From an uncultured virus (IMG/VR IMGVR_UViG_3300042261_000615) (taxonomy: Duplodnaviria > Heunggongvirae > Uroviricota > Caudoviricetes), in IMG/VR virus record IMGVR_UViG_3300042261_000615: 64,000 bases of DNA. One strand, given 5' to 3'. Numbering within the stretch: the stretch's first letter is position 1; each line of letters starts with the position of its first letter. Below the pieces are notes generated by a model. That model searched no databases, had not been told where the DNA came from, and saw only the letters and a list, made by a program, of their open reading frames with translations. Below are positions 18,702 through 26,840 of the stretch, piece by piece. The position numbers were made by a program, and so were the translations under genes.

Positions 18702-18968
18702 TTACTTAGTCCCACCTTTCCAATTGCGTTTTGCCCTTATGGCAAACGTAATTTGATGTTCTTTTTTCTTTATTTCCTCAGGAACAGATTCACCTTTTTC
18801 TTGATAAGTTTTACTACGTTTTTTCAACGTTTCCAATTCACCTTGCAATTGTGCAATAGTTTTCCCAGCATGTTCTCCAGTTTGTTTAATATCAGTGTCG
18901 GTATCCCATGCTTCACGCATTCGTTTCATTTCCTCACGAATAATTGTTCTTAGTTCTGATTTTTTCAT
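18702..18968 (-). CDS. MKKSEL-leader protein
   Basis: Begins MKKSELRTIIREEMKRMRE. Confidence 0.7.
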   Translation of the reverse strand: MKKSELRTIIREEMKRMREAWDTDTDIKQTGEHAGKTIAQLQGELETLKKRSKTYQEKGESVPEEIKKKEHQITFAIRAKRNWKGGTK

Positions 18969-19051
18969 AGTTTTTAAGTGTTTTTATTGGTAAATACCAA
19001 TGTTATTGACTGATTTATTGGTTATTGTTGGAAATTCCCAACATTTATGAA

Positions 19052-22000
19052 TTATTTTTCATACATTATCCCTAAAAGCTGATTTAATGCAGAGAAAGCG
19101 CCGGTGAGCTTCCAGATTTTACCACTATCCTTTGGATATTCAAATACAATTCCTTCGTTTGGTACAATCTTATCAAATCCACCAATTGATTGTAATCGTT
19201 TTAATTCCAGTTTTAGTTTCTCAATCTTTTTAATATCACCACTTGCTCTAATTGTATTTATAGTATCTTTCAATCGTTGTCCAATCTGCCGTTTTGCTTC
19301 ATCTGGATTTACTGTTAATACAGATTGCATAAATGATAATACATCAGAACCAACTCCTAAAAATATACTTTCAAATTTCATTATGTTTTCTTTGGATATT
19401 TTGGTTTTATCTTCACGTTCAATCTTTTCAGCCCACACCCGCAACGTATCATCTTTTATATCCTTAATTCTGAAACTTTTATCATTAAATGCCCAACGTT
19501 TAACCAATCCAACTTTTTGGTCATTTGGTAATGATTTTGCGTTCTTTTCAACGAAGTCAGTCCACCACGCCTGATGATAATCAGCTACACCATCACTATC
19601 CTTTAACTTAAATTCATTTTGTAAATGAGATATCATACTCAAATACTTTGGTTGTAGTTTCATCAATTCTTCATTCTTCGGTAGTTGATTTACAGGAGGT
19701 CCTTGTATTTTATACTTTTGCTGTACATGCTGATTTACCTGTTTAATCATACCAGCTAATATTCTAGCTGCCTCCACATCTTGAGATATGATATCACCAT
19801 TCACATCATATTCAAATATCGAATGGAATACCAATAGAGCCTGCCCATATGGGATTACATTTACCGATTCCGGATATATAACTTCGATATTCATAAATTT
19901 ATGACCATTATTGAATATTTTCGTTCTTTGCTTTTCCGATAATGCAGCAATTGCTTTTGAAAGGTCTTGCATTGCAAAGTTGTAAGCATCGGTTAATCCA
20001 CCCCGTCCACCAAACTTATCAGCAACATCCGATATAGACATTGCATTCTGCCCGAAATCACGTGTATGACTTTTATTGCGGGCAGCAATTATCTTTCCGT
20101 TTTTCCAAGATATTGACATCGCCTGACCATCGGTCTTTTCTTTGGTCACACCCAACTCACCAGTCAAAGCGTTTTTTACAATATTCTTCAAATCACCAAA
20201 TGTCAAATTCATTTCAATATCAAAAACGTGAGCCATATGGCCGTATGCCCCACCCTCTTCAAGTATATGTACGTCTTCCTTAATGGATTTCTTATATTTG
20301 TTAGTGTGTTTGTCAAACGATTCCCAACCTTCGCTATCCATCAAATCCAAATTGCTTTCATCGGTGATGTCGGTATCTTCTTCATCAAAAGCACCACTTA
20401 TCAAATACCCGGTCTGGTTTGCCAAATTACTTACTTCGGCAACGGTTTTATAATTGGTAGTACCAACAGTACTACCGGTTTTTATCCTATCAACCATTTG
20501 TACTTTATCAAACCCGCCACGATCTTGAGTGAATTTTTTGGAATCTTTCGGATTGTTTGTATAATATATTTTACCTTTTACAAATGATTTCAATTTTTTA
20601 TCAACATCAGCCAATTCATCCTGATTCATATATTTGTTATACACCAACACATCCAATATCGTAACATCGTTTACCAAAAGTTCATTCCAATACATAGAGT
20701 AACTCTGATTAAACATGTCAACATCATGCTTAATAAAATCAATTATTTCATTCTTATGTTTAACGATGAAATCTTCACCAAGTTCAATAGTTCGTTTTAT
20801 ATATTGTTGTTTTTGAGTAGGAGACCATCGTTTTGCATTACCTTTACTGAATGGTAATTCCGTATTTAACGCATTATCCATATAATCGGAATACTGATTT
20901 ACCAGTGTACCACTCATTATACGTGGTACATCCACCCAACGACGCCCGTGTTCATCAGGTCGAGTCATCAAATCAACCAATGAATTTATAAGAAGTTTTC
21001 CTTGAACTTGATATATTATACCACCATTAGTTTGTATACCATGCATTTTGTCCAACAAATAATCAGCCATATATGTAAATGTGGATAATGATTTGCGACT
21101 ACCTGTCAATTTTTTAACACCATCTATATTCTTAGCATCACTAACATGGAATGATACAATATTAGTATCACCATATAAAGCCTTACCTATCTTCGATGTT
21201 ACAGGTATACGATACCGCAATGTGTGTTGTAATGTTTTTTCTTGCCAAGTTACATCTTCGTTTATACCAGTTCGTTTCAATTTTTTAATATCAGTAACAC
21301 CAACCTGCCCTCCGTATAGTTTCTTATACTCATAATCCCTAATGAATGTACGTTTATCAAACCCACCCCGATCTTTAACAAATTTAATAATGTCCGCACT
21401 ATTATCGGTATAATGTACCGTGCCAGATGCTATACTTTCCAACATTTCGAATTGTGAAAATCGCTGCGAATCTGTGAACATTGGTTGGAATACAATAGCA
21501 TCTCTAACCTTTATATCTGATATAGCAACCTCATTCCACTGCGTATGTTGCGCTAGACTATTGGATTCGCCAAATTTGTTCAATTCTTTAAGAGCGTCAT
21601 CTTTATGTTTTTTACAAAAATCATATGCAAAATCGATATATATCTGTATAAATTTCCGTTTGTCGGCGCCAGACATGGTTTCAATTCCAACCACTCTATC
21701 ATTTGATATCTGTATATCTGCAAATATGGATTTTATTTTCCGGTTGAATCCACTTACAAATTTGTCTGAAATGTCGGAATTGAACATATAATATGCAGAT
21801 GTCCACCTACGACCGGATTCATCCGGCATAGTCATCAAATCAACAATTGAAACTGCATTTAGTTTTCCTTCAATTTGTAAAATAATACCCCCACTAGTTT
21901 GTACACCATAAGCCTTACGCAAATAAAAATCATCAAGATATGTAAATCCGGAAATGGATTTCTTCTTACCCAACAAATTTTTAATACCTGATATACCGTT

Positions 22001-25000
22001 ACCATCCGTTATATGAAATGCATTGATATAAATACCCCCATATAATATATTCGCCAATTCCGATGATAGTGGAATATTATAGTTCCGAATCATATTAATG
22101 GTCTTGTCTTCCCAAGCAACTTCATCCAAATGTTCAACACCTTCTATAGTATAAACCGGAGTATTACTTAAAAAGTTTTTCTTACGCATTATGGTTTTAG
22201 CAATAATCTTATTGGATTGACGTAAAAACGGTATGTTTATATTAGTACGTTTATCGGATACTACAAACTCTTTATACTTTGTCAAAAAATCGATAAAATT
22301 TTGTTTATGATGGGCCAACCGGTCAAAGAACCATTGTAGTTCACCATCGGTTATTTCCACTTTGTTTCTCGGATCATTCAATCGTTGGAAAAAATGGTCT
22401 GTTTCGTGTTTAGCGGTTACAATATCAATTGGGGATAGTTTTGTATCAGCATGCTTTTCAACTGCTTTCAATGCTGGCAAAGCCATTTCATCAACATCAA
22501 TTTCATTTGGGTCCTCAGTTACATCATCATTTGTGTATCTAATACTAGTGCCATTGTTAGCATGTGCAACCAACTCAGTAATTGATTCTGCATATAACGA
22601 ATATTCTTTGTCGGAAACCCATTTACCAATATCTTTACCACTTAAAGTATTAGGCGCATCAGATCCTTTTACACTTAAATTGAAATTGACAAATTTATTC
22701 AAATCCAAATTTATGAGCTTACCAAACTTTATTATTTGGGCATTGGTAAGTGTAGTTACTGATTGGTTTCGTTTATACTGAAATATTGATTTTGAATCAA
22801 ATTTTTGTAATGATATCAAAAATGAAATATTCTTACATTCATCCAACGTATATTTAAGATGATGTAATGTTTTGAAAACCGAATCACTATTATTCTCTCT
22901 GAGAATATAAGCTAGCAATACGATATAATCATTATCATCAATATATGGTTTTGATATTTTCAAATTAGGTAATATCAAATTTATATATCCCAATTCACTC
23001 AGTATATTCAAATAATGTTTGGTAGATTTTGCTTTATTGATTGATTTTATAAACTCATCACGAATACGTTCAGGACTTACTCCCGAAAGAGATGTATTTG
23101 ATTTCAACGCAGAATATGTATCCGTATCCATAACACCACCCATTTGAGCATAGAACCTCAAAGCTCTCAACTTTCTTAAAGGGTCTTCATCAAACCTAAC
23201 ACCGGCGTCACCAACTGTTCTAATCTTTTTATTATGTAAGTCGGAAATCCCACCAACCAAATCAACAATCTCATGCCGGTCAATATCATAAAACAACGCA
23301 TTTATTGTCAAATCACGTCTGCGTACATCACCCGCTATATCAGTATAATCTACTGCATCCGGTCGTCTACCCTTTCCAATATCCTTTCTAAATGTAGCAA
23401 TTTCGTTACCATTTACGATAACAACCCCAAATGATTTACCAACTTCAGTACTATGAAACCCCTCTTTTTTTGCGATATCCAACACTTCATCAGGTTTGGC
23501 ATCCGTAGCTAAATCAAAATCCTTTGGTGATTTTCCAAGTATTGCATCACGAACAGCACCCCCAACCACATATAATTTCTTACCATGTTTCTTAAACGCA
23601 GTATATATTTTCATTATATCAGATGGTATATTCATTTTTAATTTAGTATCGCCCGCTGATTCGGATATACCACCACCCAACGCATATGGTTCATTATAAG
23701 TTTGAGATGGTGTAGATTTATCCAATTTCTTTCTCAAACGTTTTATTTCCTTTTCATGTGCAGCAAGTTGTTCAGCCGATGGGTATCCCATATACAACCC
23801 CAATGCTTCATCAACCAAATCATTTATCTCATCATCAGACAAGAAAGATTCCGTTTTTTCAGTACCAACACGTCTAAACGTTGTTGCCTGTCTGCCATTT
23901 ATCGTAGGCATGCCATTTTCATCCTCACCAATATCTGTTACCACAACTTTTTTGTTTTTGAATTTACCCATTAAAACAGTATCACCAACATTTACATCCA
24001 AATTTATATCTTCAGCCGTCATCTCTTTTTTTGCTTTTTCAGCAAAGTTAGACGGTTTTTCAATTGGTTCGTTATGAAATCCCTTACTCTGAATAACAGG
24101 TTGTTTTTTATTTAAGTATTTTGATTTATCAGTTTTTGGATTTTTCAAAAACTCATCAGGTGGAATTATACCCAAATCCAAAATATAGTTTCCCTTTATT
24201 TTATCACCATGATCATTCAGTGGTATTTCTTTATTTCTGATTTTCTCAAGTCCGTTCTTTTCTATGGGCAGTATCGACCACCCATCAAGTTGACCTATAT
24301 ATGGTTCAGGGTCATCAAATTCATCCCAATCCATATTCCAATAATTTCCTGTGGTTGCGTTCCCATCATTAGGAAATGCCTCACCTCCGGATGCCTCATA
24401 TATAACACTTTCACCTAATTTTGAAAGCCTATCCGATATAAGTTTGTATATCGTTTCATTGAATTTCGGATATGCTTTCAAAAAGTTTTTTCTTTTTTCA
24501 GAATCAGTACCATTTGATAACCAACTTCTAACATCAGTACCACTTATTGGATTTGATTGAGCGGGTGATGCATAAACATATCCCTTTTCATCATAGCCGT
24601 ATTCAACCACCCCCTTATATGGGATAAAATATTTTCCACCCAATCTAGCCTCATCCTTTTCACCCACCACAGTTATCAACCCCGTTGTTTTGGCATTATA
24701 TTTATCCAAAATTTCGGTTGGGACATATGGATTTTTAATCATAACAATTTTATTGTCTGGAATTCCAAACATCTTTGTCATAATCAACTTCTTTTCTGCG
24801 AAATTGAAAGGGGATTTCTTATTATCGGTAACATTTGATGTTGCTATATATACTTTGTCCTTACCGAACTTTTTTACTAAATTGGTATATGTAGCATAAT
24901 GCCCTTTATGGAATGGTTGGAAACGGCCGGAATAGACCACAATATAATCCATACCAGCATCCTCATTTATAATCGTTTCTACTAAAAAATTCGTAAGTCT

Positions 25001-25006
25001 ATTCAT
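19052..25006 (-). CDS. Multidomain protein: HIGH nucleotidyltransferase, CCA-adding/poly(A) polymerase-type domain, two paralogous unknown domains, and a KxDG ligase-like (DUF6267-like) domain
   Basis: YSGRFQPFHKGH; VGGAVRD, DFDLAT, RRDLTINAL, EDPLRKLRA; EKTDG..AARNK..EGIVF..KLTG; start placed at 25006 (MNRLTNFLVE), 19 nt from a promoter motif. Confidence 0.85.
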   Translation of the reverse strand: MNRLTNFLVETIINEDAGMDYIVVYSGRFQPFHKGHYATYTNLVKKFGKDKVYIATSNVTDNKKSPFNFAEKKLIMTKMFGIPDNKIVMIKNPYVPTEILDKYNAKTTGLITVVGEKDEARLGGKYFIPYKGVVEYGYDEKGYVYASPAQSNPISGTDVRSWLSNGTDSEKRKNFLKAYPKFNETIYKLISDRLSKLGESVIYEASGGEAFPNDGNATTGNYWNMDWDEFDDPEPYIGQLDGWSILPIEKNGLEKIRNKEIPLNDHGDKIKGNYILDLGIIPPDEFLKNPKTDKSKYLNKKQPVIQSKGFHNEPIEKPSNFAEKAKKEMTAEDINLDVNVGDTVLMGKFKNKKVVVTDIGEDENGMPTINGRQATTFRRVGTEKTESFLSDDEINDLVDEALGLYMGYPSAEQLAAHEKEIKRLRKKLDKSTPSQTYNEPYALGGGISESAGDTKLKMNIPSDIMKIYTAFKKHGKKLYVVGGAVRDAILGKSPKDFDLATDAKPDEVLDIAKKEGFHSTEVGKSFGVVIVNGNEIATFRKDIGKGRRPDAVDYTDIAGDVRRRDLTINALFYDIDRHEIVDLVGGISDLHNKKIRTVGDAGVRFDEDPLRKLRALRFYAQMGGVMDTDTYSALKSNTSLSGVSPERIRDEFIKSINKAKSTKHYLNILSELGYINLILPNLKISKPYIDDNDYIVLLAYILRENNSDSVFKTLHHLKYTLDECKNISFLISLQKFDSKSIFQYKRNQSVTTLTNAQIIKFGKLINLDLNKFVNFNLSVKGSDAPNTLSGKDIGKWVSDKEYSLYAESITELVAHANNGTSIRYTNDDVTEDPNEIDVDEMALPALKAVEKHADTKLSPIDIVTAKHETDHFFQRLNDPRNKVEITDGELQWFFDRLAHHKQNFIDFLTKYKEFVVSDKRTNINIPFLRQSNKIIAKTIMRKKNFLSNTPVYTIEGVEHLDEVAWEDKTINMIRNYNIPLSSELANILYGGIYINAFHITDGNGISGIKNLLGKKKSISGFTYLDDFYLRKAYGVQTSGGIILQIEGKLNAVSIVDLMTMPDESGRRWTSAYYMFNSDISDKFVSGFNRKIKSIFADIQISNDRVVGIETMSGADKRKFIQIYIDFAYDFCKKHKDDALKELNKFGESNSLAQHTQWNEVAISDIKVRDAIVFQPMFTDSQRFSQFEMLESIASGTVHYTDNSADIIKFVKDRGGFDKRTFIRDYEYKKLYGGQVGVTDIKKLKRTGINEDVTWQEKTLQHTLRYRIPVTSKIGKALYGDTNIVSFHVSDAKNIDGVKKLTGSRKSLSTFTYMADYLLDKMHGIQTNGGIIYQVQGKLLINSLVDLMTRPDEHGRRWVDVPRIMSGTLVNQYSDYMDNALNTELPFSKGNAKRWSPTQKQQYIKRTIELGEDFIVKHKNEIIDFIKHDVDMFNQSYSMYWNELLVNDVTILDVLVYNKYMNQDELADVDKKLKSFVKGKIYYTNNPKDSKKFTQDRGGFDKVQMVDRIKTGSTVGTTNYKTVAEVSNLANQTGYLISGAFDEEDTDITDESNLDLMDSEGWESFDKHTNKYKKSIKEDVHILEEGGAYGHMAHVFDIEMNLTFGDLKNIVKNALTGELGVTKEKTDGQAMSISWKNGKIIAARNKSHTRDFGQNAMSISDVADKFGGRGGLTDAYNFAMQDLSKAIAALSEKQRTKIFNNGHKFMNIEVIYPESVNVIPYGQALLVFHSIFEYDVNGDIISQDVEAARILAGMIKQVNQHVQQKYKIQGPPVNQLPKNEELMKLQPKYLSMISHLQNEFKLKDSDGVADYHQAWWTDFVEKNAKSLPNDQKVGLVKRWAFNDKSFRIKDIKDDTLRVWAEKIEREDKTKISKENIMKFESIFLGVGSDVLSFMQSVLTVNPDEAKRQIGQRLKDTINTIRASGDIKKIEKLKLELKRLQSIGGFDKIVPNEGIVFEYPKDSGKIWKLTGAFSALNQLLGIMYEK

Positions 25007-25048
25007 AAATTGCGGCTTATATGATATAAATATAACAATCCCAAAATT

Positions 25049-25088
25049 AAAAAAAAATAGTGTAATCCGAATCATCAAATTACACTAT
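25049..25088 (-). terminator. Probable terminator
   Basis: atagtgtaat ... attacactat inverted repeat next to an A-run. Confidence 0.6.
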
Positions 25089-25109
25089 CATACACACCGA
25101 ACTTAAAAG

Positions 25110-25394
25110 TTACTCACCATCTTCAATCGTAACATCTCCTGTTTGAAGATTGATTTGACCGGTAGGATATTTATCCCGCAATTCCTGAATGATTTTATTA
25201 AATTTAGAATTGGTTTCATCAACCTCACCCTCTATTTGGGTTCTAAGGGTTTCCAATCTTTCAGTTTCTTTCTTCAAATCACGCAATCTCAAATGTAGTT
25301 CTCCAATGTTAGATGCCGATTTTACAACTTTGTCTTGCAATTGTGCAAGTTCCGTTAATGTTTCTTGTGATAATTTTTCTACTTTTGTTGCCAT
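25110..25394 (-). CDS. Small coiled-coil protein
   Basis: Heptad-rich, ending KYPTGQINLQTG; promoter motif at 25423-25431. Confidence 0.6.
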   Translation of the reverse strand: MATKVEKLSQETLTELAQLQDKVVKSASNIGELHLRLRDLKKETERLETLRTQIEGEVDETNSKFNKIIQELRDKYPTGQINLQTGDVTIEDGE

Positions 25395-25436
25395 ATGACT
25401 TTTTTTAATTATATAATCTGTATATAAATATATATA

Positions 25437-25503
25437 TTTTAATAAAAAACGTAAAAATTTACCAAATATTATCAGATTTACTGTCTAATTCTTAATCAAA
25501 TAT
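25437..25503 (-). pseudogene. Degenerate copy of the 3' end and downstream flank of a GT25 gene
   Basis: Similar to 26172-26238; translates IFD*ELDSKSDNIW* versus IFDQILNNKSDNIW*. Confidence 0.7.
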
Positions 25504-25520
25504 AGCGCAATACATTATGA

Positions 25521-26147
25521 TTACGATTTAAGTGGGATATACGTTGAAATATCTGATTTATTATTTAACAATTGATCAAATATACCAGGTTGGTAATAGT
25601 ATTTTTTTATGTTTTTTAATTGCATCAACCACCCATCTATAGGAATCGGGGTATTGGTAATACATTGAGGAAATGTTCCCAACATATTAATAGCGTAGCT
25701 GTGTGTGAATGGTTTACCGTTCGTCTTAGCAACACTTCCCATACTATCAAATCTAGCAAACCTGGTCATTCCATCCGCATTACGGATAGCAGCTCTTAAG
25801 TTATCAAAATAAAACAAATCCCATTCATTGTTTTCTAAGAAAGAGAAACACTTAGATAAATGGGATTCCGCCTCACTACGAATTGAATGATTTTCAGTGT
25901 TAAAACAGAAATCATCTTCAAATATTAGAATACGTTTATAATTATTTTTCAATGCATCGTTATAAATAGCAAAATGACTTTTACGGCATCCATCAATTCC
26001 ATTCCTACCCGATATACCATTAAATATTTGATAGTTACTTATTTCTAACATATTCAACATCTCCAGACTATTTGCTAATCTATCTGTTCTATGCGGTAAA
26101 TTTATCACATAAACTTTATCAAAAAATTCATCAAAATATTTTTTCAT
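25521..26147 (-). CDS. Glycosyltransferase family 25
   Basis: VYVINLPHRTDR, GCRKSH, ILIFEDD and THSYAI motifs. Confidence 0.85.
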   Translation of the reverse strand: MKKYFDEFFDKVYVINLPHRTDRLANSLEMLNMLEISNYQIFNGISGRNGIDGCRKSHFAIYNDALKNNYKRILIFEDDFCFNTENHSIRSEAESHLSKCFSFLENNEWDLFYFDNLRAAIRNADGMTRFARFDSMGSVAKTNGKPFTHSYAINMLGTFPQCITNTPIPIDGWLMQLKNIKKYYYQPGIFDQLLNNKSDISTYIPLKS

Positions 26148-26193
26148 ATACCGAATTTTGTTGCTATTATTTTTTAATAAAAACGTAAAGATT

Positions 26194-26838
26194 TTACCAA
26201 ATATTATCGGATTTATTATTTAATATTTGGTCAAATATTCCATACGAATAATAAAATCGTTTTGTATTTGGTAAGTTATCCAAACCATAATCGTTTCGGT
26301 GAAATGAATCGGTCTGAAATTCTACTAATCGTTTGAATACGGATTTTGATAATGCATAACTATGTGCAAACCTTTTATGTTTTACTTCTGTAACTTTATC
26401 CGTTTTAGGTAATCTAATTATTTCGGTAGTCTCATTTTTAGAATCCTTTCTCATTATTGCAATATTGTCAAAATAGAATATGTCCCATTCATTGTTCTTC
26501 AAAAAATCAAAACACGATTGCAGATGATATTCTAAGTTATCAACAATTGTAGGATATGACTGGTTGAGGATGGCATCATCTTCAAAAATACATATATTAT
26601 CGTAATTATTAAGTATAGCATCATTCACACACTCCATATGTGCTAACTTGCACGATAACCCACTATTACTCAGTACATACGTACTGTGTAAATGAGTACT
26701 ATCTATTGGGGTTATTCTCTTATAGTTGTGAATGCCAACCAATTCAAACATATTCATAATAGATTCATACCTATCAGTACGATGTGGTAAGTTTATAAAA
26801 TATACCATATCAAAATAATCATCAAAATACGTACCCAT
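26194..26838 (-). CDS. Glycosyltransferase family 25 (paralog)
   Basis: YFINLPHRTDR, SCKLAH, ICIFEDD and AHSYAL motifs; start placed at MGTYFDD. Confidence 0.85.
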   Translation of the reverse strand: MGTYFDDYFDMVYFINLPHRTDRYESIMNMFELVGIHNYKRITPIDSTHLHSTYVLSNSGLSCKLAHMECVNDAILNNYDNICIFEDDAILNQSYPTIVDNLEYHLQSCFDFLKNNEWDIFYFDNIAIMRKDSKNETTEIIRLPKTDKVTEVKHKRFAHSYALSKSVFKRLVEFQTDSFHRNDYGLDNLPNTKRFYYSYGIFDQILNNKSDNIW

Positions 26839-26840
26839 AA

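Noticed and set aside
18969..19051. Two small hairpins (attggta..taccaat and tgttgg..ccaaca) as a possible ncRNA
   Set aside because: The stems are short and AT-rich, and nothing else supports an RNA gene
25007..25078. N-terminal extensions given in the ORF track (also 17230-17334, 62628-62693, 7206-7229, 26839-26871, 13752-13811)
   Set aside because: They run through promoter or terminator motifs or overlap the upstream gene; downstream ATGs fit better
25437..26238. GT25 3'-end repeat as a diversity-generating retroelement TR/VR pair
   Set aside because: Differences are not limited to adenines and no reverse transcriptase is present in the window; a duplication relic fits better
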